From: Fimbriosthenelais zetlandica | Taxonomy: Eukaryota | Assembly (NCBI GenBank): GCA_977030845.1 | Contig: OZ365110.1 | Location: forward strand, 43,028,001 to 43,092,000 | Direction: 5' to 3' | DNA: 64,000 nucleotides | In this document: positions 40,141-52,038 of the stretch, in pieces | Layout of the letters: each line of letters begins with the position of its first letter | How positions within the stretch are numbered: position 1 is the stretch's first letter | The notes under the pieces: model-generated | The model's database searches: none | What the model saw: only the letters and a program-made list of their open reading frames with translations | What the model was told of the DNA's origin: nothing | Translations under genes and position numbers: made by a program

Positions 40141-42132
40141 ACCAGGGGATTTCAGACCCAATTCAGACCTACTGTAGGCCTACTAGCCAGGGACATAGGG
40201 GCCTACTAGTAGGCCTAGGCCACCCTCATGGGTTATCCAGAGTCAGCCCGGGTTGGGGGGCATAAGCCTATTAGGCCTATAGGGCACAAATATGATATAG
40301 GCCTAGGCCTCAGTCTCATGCTCAGACTCTGCTTGGCACGGACCGAATATAGGCCTATTTCGACTTGATTAATAGGCCTAAGCTACATATAGGCCCTAGC
40401 CTCCAGTAGCATCTCAGAATATAATTAATAGGGCCTCAATAGGCTAGGAAAGGCTAAATCATATAATAAAATAGCTTCTTAAGATGCCGTTTTGGGTTGT
40501 CTGAAACAGTGGAAGAGGATGGGAGGGGGCAGGGTAGGCAAGGATGGGGAGGTTGGGGAACTGGGGAAGGGCCAGGCATCGATCTTCTCTCCTCCTCCAG
40601 GTGATAATGATGTGCTGACATGGAGGTGAGGTGGGCCTGCTGTGGTCGTGCTCAATGCTATACAACTTGCCCCACATCCTTCACCCTCCTCCTCCCCCTT
40701 CTCTCTCAGTCTATTCTATACCCTTCAACCATTCACTCCCAATGGGAAACATCTTCATCAGGGATGCATAGGTCTACACGTCAATTTTTTGGTCGGAAAA
40801 TGAATGTCAGGCATCTGGACCCTGATCGCATATCTTTTAAGTTTTTGTGAATGAAAATAATCTAATTGTTTTGAAAAAAATCTAAATATTTCGGCCTAAA
40901 TTTGGCTAGATATGTTCTTTGTTGTTCAGCTTCACAATGGCTCCTGTAGGCCTAACCATGCATTATTTAGGCCTATAGCAGCCCTCCAGGGTGGATTGGG
41001 ATATCAAGAAAGCTCATGTCCGTGCGTCACTCTCCCAGCCTTGTACAAGACGTTCGCTGTCATGCATGGAGCCTATTTATAATGTGACAATCTAGTGGTG
41101 TTGGGAACAACACCTCCAGTCTAGGTAGCCATGTAAGGCGCTTTCCCCCTGCCCTAACAAGCCTGCGAGCACTCACAAAGGTCTGCTGACAGAAACCCAT
41201 CATTGGGGGCTTTCAGGGCCCGCCACTAGCCTAGTCCAGGCCATAGGTCCTTGTCTAGCTTGTCCCGTGTGGGCGATTTCTACGGCCGAAATGGACGAGT
41301 TACGCCGGCTAATGGATACGTAGAGAGCCATGAATGCGATCAAGTCGGAAACACTAATATCTCGACCTAATAACTTCTGTCAGAGCTTCGGGCCCCCGTG
41401 CCTTGGGTGCTTGGGTCTCCGTTTGGGAGAGCTGGAAGAAGGGGAAGCAGCGGCAGCAGGGACTCTCTGGCAACTCCACAGGGCAATGACTTGTTGTATG
41501 GGGTCTCCTTTACTCAATTCCAGTCTCTTGCTTGTATTGAATTGCTTTTCCATGTCCAAACATGCCAGTGTGAATTGCATTTTAAATTTCATCAAATATT
41601 CAGCGGAGAGGCATCATCGATTGGGGAGTGAGTGGATTAGAGAGGATATAAGTTGGATGGGGCAGGGTTAGGGTCAGTGGTAAGCCCAGGCCATGTGTGC
41701 ATGGGATGGAGACAGGACAGGGAAGCTTCAGTTAATCAATACCTTCATCTGTGGAACTAGGTATAAATTCAAGAGATATGATCCCCCAGCCATGTGTACT
41801 CTGCTATATAGTAGTATCCAGTGCTAGTAGTATATGGAAATGCTTCATAAACGCAGGCGTGTTAATCGAAATGCATGCATCGGGATCATTACATTTCAGC
41901 CTATTGTTCAGCAATATCTCTCTCATCAGTAGGCCTACTATCAAACTAATAAGTTTTCGATTAAATAAAATATTAAATAGCGTTCATCCACTGAAGATTA
42001 AAATGATAAAGGATCTCTAAAACAAGAAAGCCAGGAGAATTTCTGCAAATTATGATTTAAAACTGATCAAAATACTAATAAGGGGTGCGTGCAGCAATTA
42101 CTATGAGACATGGCAAATCATTTTCAATACAA

Positions 42133-42138
42133 TTTATT
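42133..42138 (-). terminator. Candidate distal polyadenylation signal (AATAAA) of elav
   Basis: TTTATT on the + strand. On the transcript it is preceded by U-rich sequence with UGUA motifs and followed by a U-rich tract. Confidence 0.55.
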
Positions 42139-43947
42139 GTATAATCCTTTGACATGTAAAAGTACAAATATTGCAATACAACCAAACTACATAAGAAACG
42201 ACAACAATGAGCCAGCTGTTTATAAGACTCCTCCATCATTTGGGGGTTCAGAGTATATCATTGGGTTTCTTCTCAGTATCATTATAATGTAGTCCTTTTA
42301 ATTATAATAAAATCTGTTCACCAATAGGGCTCCTACATCAGGCTTGACCCAGTAGAAAGTGTCTTAAGAGACACAATAGATGTAAACAACTCAAAACAGG
42401 CTAGGCATACTGGGGAGACATGGGCAAGATCGGGCCACTCCATTTTGATACCTTGCATTCGCGGTCGTACAGTATTTTGGGCGACCCCCACCAACTCAGG
42501 AATAGGCTACCATGCAACAACCCAAACTGGAGGCCTAACTTTAACCCAGTGTAGAATTGCTAGTTGGAGACAATTACAGAACAGGAAATTGGAACAACCA
42601 CGAAACATCAACATTTAATATGGAATGCAAGCGACTAGGATTAAACGTTAAATGAACAAAATACGGCACGGGGCCACACGATTATCGACCCAATTAGTTA
42701 TCATCGCGCGACCCCGACCTAAAGTTTGTAATTGACTTTTTTTCCTACAACTACAATAGCTAACCTACAAAGAACTCCTTCAGAAAAGGAGGGCGCAAAA
42801 TCATCATCCAATCATAATACCTGAATATATCAATCAATCAATCAATAATGCCAGCTGTCGAACACAGAGGTTAAAAGTCTAAGACATAATTCTGGCGAAT
42901 GAAAAAGCTTTTTTTTCTTTATAATTGCCCTATATACAGACCATATTCAATGAGATTGAGAGGGGAGGGCAAGACCCCGAAGAGACAAGTCTGCCCTCCG
43001 TAGCATGACAAGTTTCTCAACATAACCACTTTTCGTTGCTTTGTTTCAAGGTATTATAACGTTGCTGTGGGGACGCAGACTGTTCCCAGGCTGTACGACA
43101 GATTACAGAGTTGCGGACCTTCATAATATCTTAATAATCATTTACTTAGTAACCAATATTTTGGTGTAATATAAGAGAGTCCATCTGGGAGCATTGCCAG
43201 TACACAAGTAACAGTCTCAACTTTCAATCAGTCAATCACCAGTCTCAATCAATCTAGCAATCAATACAACCATTAAGGTTACGAGTATTTCCAAAAAGGA
43301 ATAAGTATATTCCAAATTATAGTAGTACATAGGAGCTGTAGTGTCGCCGTGCAAGAGTACATAAGGGGACACAAGCTTTGACACTAACAAGATATACTTC
43401 AAGCAGTCTGGAGTTGAGACGTGCCATTGCCACGCGCCATGCAAGAACCGTGTTGGATAACAGCTGACAGAAATCAGTGAATAAGAATTCAATGGGTATA
43501 CGCACATGTGAGAAGTAACAGTCAAGAGATACACATTGCACTCAGTGTATTATTAAGGTACACTACGTACGTATTATGTATGTTATATAGCCATAGAAGA
43601 ATAGTCTTTCCAGCTTTGGCTTTGAATCCTGCAGTTTGTCTTTGGAAAATAGATGCGAATCTCTCTTGGTAAAGAACACACAAGATTCTTTGTCAGCGAG
43701 CTGAACTGCGTATAGTTATTATTTATACATCTCACTTCGTCCCTATGACAGGGCGAGGTGACATTGTAGTGTGCTAAAGGAGTGTCTTCAACAGGGTACA
43801 GCGTAACAACAAACAACCATTTTCCAGAAACAACTTCCAATTTGGAAATGCTGCATTTGCAATGTGTTCATCATATATTATCATTATATATTATGTTCAC
43901 CGTTAATATTTCATATTTATCATCATATCATCATCATCACTCTGGGA

Positions 43948-43953
43948 TTTATT
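43948..43953 (-). terminator. Candidate proximal polyadenylation signal (AATAAA) of elav
   Basis: TTTATT on the + strand, ~2.0 kb after the stop; downstream element weak. Confidence 0.35.
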
Positions 43954-45009
43954 TAGTTCACCATATACAAGTAACTTTGGTTTGGAATATTTAGCCTTTA
44001 CACTTCCACTTTATACATTTGATCCCTTTTCAATGCATGATTAGAACTCTCTTAATTTTCTTTTCTGGAAATATGTTCCAAGAATAGTTTAACCTCCAAA
44101 TAAAGAGCAATTTACACGTGGAGGTTGGCTTAGAGTGCAAAAAGCCCTACAAAAGCTACTCTGCACTAGTCCTATAGAAATTCTACATGGCCGTTAGAAG
44201 GAATGTCTATGAGTAACAATGTACAATATTTTCAGAGACCTGGTGCATGATTACGAAATATCCTATCCCATCATTTGATATTAACATCGTTGATTCTAAA
44301 CCTTTGAGGTTTGTCGATATTCATGTTGTAAAATTTATCAAATTGTTTTGGTCTAACTCAGGTATTTACAATTCTCTAATGTGACCATTTTGAATGTATG
44401 AAAATCTCCAGTTTGTATGAAATGTTATCTGCATGTAAATGGAAGAACATTTAATTGGCATAAGCTTTCCCCAGCCTGGTGATGTTACTCTTTGAACATA
44501 CAAACCCCAATCCGCTAATAGCCAACATCTAGAGTACGTCCAACATACAAAAATAGACTTTCTGCTTCTTCGTGGAAGTTGAAGGTGTATCACTATCAAT
44601 GATCGTTCACTCCCCTTCCCCAACAACACACAACGTAACGTTTTCATTTTTTGTCTCGACTCCTCCATTTTTACCACGGCCGTACCGCTCTGCCTCTCTA
44701 GCCCTTCCATGGGTTTTTTTTCATATTCTCCTGTTACTATTTTTAGTATTAGGATGACGGTTCATGTCCATCACATGCAAATTTAAATGGGGACACTCGA
44801 AATCAATGGAACACAAAGGAATCCCCCAAACGTGAAACAAGACAACCAAAAGTTCTGAATCCTCGATTCTGGCTGTTGAAGTGGGTTTGATCTGTTTGTC
44901 AAGTATAAGCACACGACAACACAATGAATAGTATCAAGAAACTCTATCAAAAGTAGGGCTCAGTTAGTTCTAAAAGCTACACTGTGTCGGTTAGTAATAA
45001 TCTTAATCA

Positions 45010-45560
45010 TGAGAATAAATTAACCTAAGTACTCATATTCACAATAGTCTAAAATAAATAGGGCATCATGAAGTGTAAGGGCAAAACTCAAACGTCAAAG
45101 TGAATAAATAAGATTAATATACGAAATAAAGACAAAAGCAATCCAAACTTTTAGCATGACATAAATAAAATTTAATGGTTCACCACGATGAACAAACAAA
45201 AAGCGATAATATATATAAATTATGTGAGGTGAAATTGTCCGCAGTTTGTAATACTGGAACCAAATAGTGCCCGAGCGACTTTTGTGAGTTTCTATGGCAA
45301 CACGCAGGCTTGCTACACCACTGCTTTATCACTCACAAAAAAAGTTGAATCTCATAAAAGATGGATTATTCTAAGAAAAGGGTACTCGATAACACCTATA
45401 TCTTACAATCAAATAAACGTTATGAGAAACGGCAATAAATAAGTGTACTCCATTTACAGTGAATACCTCATAAATTATGCTCAAGAACACAAGTGTTCTC
45501 TAAAAAGTTCCTTAGCTAACATAAATAAGAAAAAGGGACAATGTAAAAGTTGGTTAAATT
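45010..45560 (-). promoter_or_regulatory. AU-rich element cluster in the elav 3' UTR
   Basis: About nine AUUUA pentamers, including two UUAUUUAUU nonamers (45103-45111, 45434-45442). Confidence 0.6.
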
Positions 45561-45937
45561 TGCCGTGTGGGATTCCTGACCACATAGTAATGTCCAGATC
45601 CTTGCAGGGTACTCATGAACACATTTTTTCATCATCATCATCATCATCGTCATATATCATCTTGGTAGTCATCTTGTCTTCAGTTTTGTCTTCATCATTA
45701 TCATAGTCTATTTCATCTCAAGGTTTACATGTGTTCCCAAGCGGGCCATGAGACCAAAATGTTCTATGTTCATACATACAGTTGATTTCACATGGTCCTA
45801 AAGCCCCCCACTGTTCCACCATATACAATACACATTCTCCGGTTCCTCTGACTAGCAAACAAGCTGCAGTCATTTCCCATCTCTCTCCTTGCTCTCTTTT
45901 CTCCTTTCTCTCGCTCTCTCCTCACGTCGCCAGCCAT

Positions 45938-46312
<375 letters not shown>

Positions 46313-49300
46313 TCAGTTGCGGGAACACAACAGATCGCTGATCACTCTTCCTCGAAGAAGGGTTTTCGACAAAAAAAAAACTTTTTTTGGCATCGCCATC
46401 TCCATCGAAGGGGTAGGAGAGGGGGTGGGGAGTTGGGAGGTAGAAAGAAAGATAGATCTATTAGGGTTGAAATCGTAAAACATAGTTTGAAATGCAGCCT
46501 GAAATAAAAAAGGAATAGAAGAACTGAAGAAAGAGGGGATTGACTATAATGGATGAGAGTAGTAGAAGGGAAAAATAAAGGGGAACTGAAAAGGAAAAAA
46601 AGCCTTGACAGTCTCTCTGTCCAGAAACAAGCTCTGAAAATTAAAACCAGGAAGACTGAAAAAGGAAACCATAAAATTATCCAAATAACGGGAATGTTCA
46701 AAATAGATAAAACAGCAAATAATCAGTGGATAGTCATTGATAGAAGCACAGACGATGCACAAACACACACTTGCAGGTGAAAACCAATCATTTCCCAATC
46801 AAATCCCAATCCACTTTTCTTTCACTCGGGTTCCAATCTCCCTTTGTTTGCAACCACATTTATTTTGGTGTTAAAAATGGCGAGTTTTAACCCCGGCCTA
46901 TTTTTTCCTCTCTCGCTCACTCTCCCACCTCTTCTCTCTCACCCAGTGAGCTATTCAATATCTCGTTGTGTTCCCTTTCCAAAGCTGTCACGCGACAAGA
47001 GGCGCTAAGCTTTGTAGTGGGTTTCAGTGGCAGTTGGCTGGGAGGCAGGCAGGAGGCTGATTTTTGGTCCATTGTGATACATGCCTTGTATACAGTACTG
47101 AAGGTTAAATGATCTAGATAGTGGTCGGGTGGAAGTGAAGAGATGGATCCAATGGTAGCTATTAACCATCAATAGACCCCCCACTCATCTAGCCCCCACC
47201 CTCCCACACCCCATGCCACACAGGCCTAATTGTATGGCCAGTAAATGAATCATGTTTGTGGGCCAAATTATTCTCGTCAGATAATAAAACAGCGGCGCCA
47301 GAGCTCAAAAAATAAATACCCAATGCATTTCTGGTGGCCTATCCATCATTCATTTTTAACGAGGGCATGACGACATGACACCCCACCGAGAGACAGGAAC
47401 ATCCCCCCAGCCCAGCCGCCATAAGCTGCGCCTAATTGGGAACCTCTAGCTTAACTGTCAGCAGCCAAATACAGGCTTTACCTCATTGAAAAAGACTTCC
47501 ATCCTCTCCGATACTTCGCAGAATTTAATTACAACTTGCAAGCCAGGCCACAAGTTTGAAAAAAGAAGCTGCCTTGTTAATTGGCACAAAATATTGGCCT
47601 TAGATTGCCCGATGATGTTGGCATACACTAAAATGAAAAGGCATGATTATGTTTAACTTGCCCCCTTTTAATAAATTGCAAATCTCAAGTGGTTTCTGCG
47701 CCTTGTAATGTATTACAGGGGAACAAAGTTTCCTTCCTTATATCTCAGATGTTGGGGGTGAAAGGTATTGGGGGTATGGGAAATCTCACGGTATATTAAC
47801 CCCTGGTGGTGTTGGGCCCCACCCACCCCTACACCCCCTTCCTCCCTCTACCCGACCCTACCTCACTATCTTAGTAAAGCCCATAGCCCGGGCTAAACCG
47901 CTCCATCAGGGCTAGAGGAGCAGTTCACCACATGTGCTCAGTCACTGTCTGTCAGCCCTCGAGCAACTCGCCCATGAAATTTACATGTATTCTGCCCGGC
48001 ATCTCGATAGACAGACCCATCTGCTCCTCTCGCTGGCCTCATTCCCCGGGCCAATACAGACCATTTTCACTGCTATTAACCACACAGGTGGGGCTGCTCC
48101 ATACATCGCTATGTTTCCACCATAAGAATGTGGGCGGGCGGCAATGTAACTATCCATCACCCCGTTAATTTCCTGTCTCTTTACCTGGTCACCATGGACG
48201 GAGAAATAACAGATAATTCTCACCCTTTAAGACAACCGAGAGGTAAAAACGGGGAGAAGTTGAAGGGGTTAGAGTTTGCTTGGCTAAACCCTGAGTGGGC
48301 ATCGAGCCGTGAAGATCTTACTAGCAAATGTCAGAGCTGAGGAGTGATGATAGAAAGAGTATGTATGTATATACATGCAGGTACCTGGCCACGGCTCAAC
48401 AGTGTTAAAGAAATATCTATAATATATAACCAAGGTGGAGGGACATAAGAAATACAGCCTGCAGCATAGCAGCTGTGGAAAGCAAGGGATGATCTTGCCT
48501 CACCTCAGTCTATAGCCCACACGAGTCACCCTACAGGGGGTACCTTTACCCTTTTAAGTCTGGGGGTGTTTGTATTTATAGCTGGTTATAAGGGAGAAGC
48601 CAAGGAGGCAGTCAGTCCCATCTAACCCCAAATGATAGCTCTCTCCCATCTCACTAAAGAAGATCTTCGCTTCAACCCCAGCAGCAGCTGCTCTCCAGTG
48701 CAGCGGAGAGGCTGATTTTATTCTAGCGTGAAAAATGCAAGAGGAAAAGCACTGAATATAGTCTAGAGCTCAGAAAGTTGGTTCTAACTACCGTGCAAGT
48801 GTGCGTGTGTGTATGTCTGTTTTCTACCATCATAATCATACAATCAAATATAAAGCATCAATATGACATATTTTCATTTCAATGTTAAAAGGCATGTATG
48901 ATAGCGAATGTTACAATATATGATAATAATATGATAGTCATACGATGAATGTTATTATGTACTACAGATATAATAGTGCATTTCTGGTGATAATCAAAAG
49001 GATATTGATAGACAGCGTATCAGAATAAAGACTGATCTCATAGAGAGAAAATAATTACGCAGAGGCTAATTAAGACAAGTAATGCTTAAGCTTTAATTAC
49101 TCTGGTACTGATTGGCAAATGATTAATGACTTCAAAATGACCATCGTGTTTACTGAGAGAGATATTGGCGGGCAGCAAATGGCCAACCCAAAAAGAAACG
49201 AAAAACAAAAAGCAGAAAGAGAGGATGTTTTTCTTCTTTAAACTTGGCGTTTTGGGTTATTTTTTTTTTGGAAAGAAATCAAGCCCCCCGAAAAACAAAA

Positions 49301-49871
49301 TAATGAGGAAAAACTTCGGAATTAATTCAAAATGAAATTGAACCTAGTTTGAGGCTAACTTGACTGTAAGGTTCATGAGGTCAATTGCGAAAAGTAGAGT
49401 TGTTAATTTGATTAATTTTGATCATTAACGGGCTACCACCAAATAATATTAAATCTAAGAGGTGATTAATAGGCCATTGTTAATGAGCTGGCATTGATGA
49501 ATTCCATCAATCTACTGCTCCCAATACCATTCATGGGTTCTTAATTGTATCCCTTGGATTATTTGACTAATCTATCAAGCTCAATGGGATATTTCAATAT
49601 ATGATATACACAGGTGATATGGAAAAAGTGCCCGAGGCAGAGTTGAGTGGCTAGTTTCTGTTATATATTAATATACAGATATGGACTGTGTTTTTCGTTA
49701 ATAAAGTGATACCTTTCCCCGTGAATTTGTGGAACTTTTACTGTACCTTGGAGAGGTGGTTGTGGTTTGGGTTTTATTACCATCAATACCGGTAGTGGTA
49801 TACAAGTTGGTCCAGCGGTTTTGAACCCTACAAGAAAGTTGACCTCATGCACAACTCTTAAATTGGAACTG

Positions 49872-49885
49872 GTCACCATGGAAAC
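49872..49885. promoter_or_regulatory. RFX X-box (GTCACCATGGAAAC) in the elav hinge intron
   Basis: Exact match to the strict consensus GTYNCCATGGNAAC. Confidence 0.45.
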
Positions 49886-50176
49886 GGTCACCAAAAAACA
49901 TGCAAGCATAACAAGAGAAGTCAACAGGATAAGGCCACAGCAAAAATGTTTCAAATTTCAACGTGTCCTACACATATGATTGGTCATTTTTTTTCCATGG
50001 TTGGAGAATAAATTTGTTTAAATTTTGGAAACTGAACAAAACTTGAACTGAGAGTCACTGATTTCCCGAGCTGGGGAGCATTGTGATCAGACACCCATGC
50101 AAATAAACGATCTGTAAAAGTTGAATTGAGACAAGCAACAAGCTATCAACATGAGGGGCGTGGTGCTACTACTGAC

Positions 50177-50218
50177 CCAGGTTGTACACATGAGAATGAT
50201 GAGAGATGTTCTTCTTCA
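50177..50218 (-). CDS. elav: Candidate 42-nt alternative microexon in the ELAV hinge (adds SEEEHLSSFSCVQP)
   Basis: Acceptor TTTTTTTTTGCTCCTTTTAG with an upstream CTGAT branch-like motif; donor GG|GTCAGT. Phase 2/2, stop-free and frame-preserving between exons 51810-52038 and 45938-46259. Confidence 0.55.
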
Positions 50219-51809
50219 CTAAAAGGAGCAAAAAAAATCATATCAGAAGGATTTTTTTTCTTTTTTTTTTGTCTTTCGTCTTCTCAGCATGATAAATGCA
50301 AAGGTTCGCTGTTGGGAACGACCGGTGTACAACCAGCCCTAGGTAGGTGCGCCGAGATGCCCCCTAAGGCACTTAATCACGAAAGTAAACCTTTATTATT
50401 GACATATTAGAAGTCATTACTAGTACCTCTCATGTGCTGTGGTGCTCGTATAGCCGCACCCCCGCATTGGGCTTCTGGAAGAGATTTAAAGCATTTTTTG
50501 TTGTGGCCTTGTAAATAACCTTCGTATTTTTAAAATTCTTCAACTCTTTAACAAACGAAATTATCTCAACTTTTGAAGGGTTTTTTTTCTTTGATTAGAT
50601 CAACGCAAAAATGTGTTACAGACGACAGGATTCTTAATCCAAGTGAGAGCCTAAGTGGTATGTTTAAATCCTACATGTTACTAGTTAAAGGCTCGTATAG
50701 GGAGAAATTTTAGACTATAGATAATAGAAGAACCGTCTATACTGACTTTAGATCCTTCATTCAATTATTGCCAGTGGCTTTAAATAACTATCGCCAGGGG
50801 TATAAATGTAGTGCTTGAGTTATCAAGCTTAGCCTGGTAGATAGGATATATTTTGGAATAGCAACTGCTTGAAGGCATTACTTTTATGGACACATAGATG
50901 GATAAAGCTGTATACTACGGTACTGGACTCGGCTGTAAACCGTTTTCATCTTCTCGTATCATTCAATGAGAAAACTGCTCCGAGACTCCTATCGGAAATC
51001 TTTTAGCATTTACGGTAATTTGTTTTTGTCAGTGTCAGAGAGGAGGCAATTAGCGTCCATTTGTCGAATTGTTTTCCACAATAAAACAGCATGTTTTCGC
51101 ACAGTAAACAGCCAAATCCAAACGAGACAACATCCAAAGCTACAGACTCCTACACCGAAACATAGCTCAACTGGCCAGTGGCTGAAGAATACCACGCCTA
51201 GTTATTATTATTATTATTTAATTTCTTTTTTAATTCCCTATAGCCATGATCTGTTCCAAACGTTTCTCTGAAGGGAGGGACTCTTTATATATGGCTTTGA
51301 TTGGCCAATTGTCAAATAGTTTGGGACTAAACTTGGTAGGAATGAGGCAGTCAGTTCTCAATTCGAGCCTCTTCTATTTAAATGTTCTTCTTCTCTTTAA
51401 ATTTTTAGGTCCAGATTTTGATATTTTTTTCTTGGTTGGTGGACGACCACTGTCGTCCTTCAGATTAAGAAGTTAATAGGATCTCAACATGAAAAAAGAG
51501 CCATGTCCCAGCAAGGCTTTGTAACCATGCCAGAAAAACGCAATATCTATCAATATATCAATTATCATTACAATCCAAAAAACATCTGAAAAATCACCTG
51601 ATATGAGAGATACACAACATTCCAAACATCTACGACTAATTCAGGTGCCATTTTCTCTTATAACATTTAATGAACCAATTTTTCAAATTTTGTCTTGAAA
51701 TATTTTACTTGCATATATATATTTTACGTTCAGATTTTCATTCATTTCTAGCTAACCGCTTTTCTGGCATTGTGGGTTAGTAGGCTGGTCATTGGGAACA
51801 ATGACCTAC

Positions 51810-52038
51810 CTGTAACGAGTTGCTGGGTGGTGGATTGGGCCCACGAACCTCCGAGCATGTGACAGGTATGGAGCCATGGCGATGGGCAGCGCATTCTTGT
51901 TGGAGCTGGGAGAGTTGGCAAACTTGACTGTGATGGGTTCGGTAGCTCCCTCGGGTACTGTCCCGTTTAGCTGCTTGATCGCTCTCTCAGCCTCCTGCCG
52001 CTGGTCGAACCGGATAAAACCTACCCCTTTGGACAGCC
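51810..52038 (-). CDS. elav: ELAV/Hu exon: second half of RRM2 + start of hinge (229 nt)
   Basis: Acceptor CCCTTCCAG|, donor AG|GTAGGT. Encodes (G)[75 protein letters not shown](R); phase 1 in, phase 2 out. Confidence 0.97.

Larger units (their letters stand above)
38830..40980. repeat. Dense cluster of TAGGCCTA palindromes flanking a promoter-like core
   Basis: About a dozen exact TAGGCCTA copies plus near-matches, concentrated at 38.8-39.5 kb and 40.17-40.45 kb and absent from the ~39.55-40.15 kb core. Confidence 0.85.
42115..45937 (-). other. elav: Predicted long (~3.8 kb) elav 3' UTR
   Basis: Follows the TAG at 45938-45940; U-rich on the transcript strand. The 3' end is inferred from the AATAAA at 42133-42138. 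Confidence 0.55.

Noticed and set aside
50365-50372. Perfect miR-124 8mer site (GUGCCUUA) on the transcript strand.
   Set aside because: It lies in an intron, and there is no evidence of an alternative terminal exon covering it.
51014-51139. 126-nt stop-free, phase 2/2 segment in the hinge intron (SFGCCLVWIWLF...).
   Set aside because: No polypyrimidine tract at the acceptor, weak donor (ACC|GTAAAT), and an atypical hydrophobic peptide; such AG..GT pairs arise by chance in a 5.5-kb intron.
51374-51457. Intronic minus-strand frame DDSGRPPTKKKISKSGPKNLKRRRTFK*, resembling a bipartite NLS, behind an AG; tempting as an alternative RRM3-less C-terminus.
   Set aside because: It needs a phase-0 join, but the upstream donor at 51810 is phase 2 and no AG gives the right phase; the Lys-richness follows from a local A-tract.
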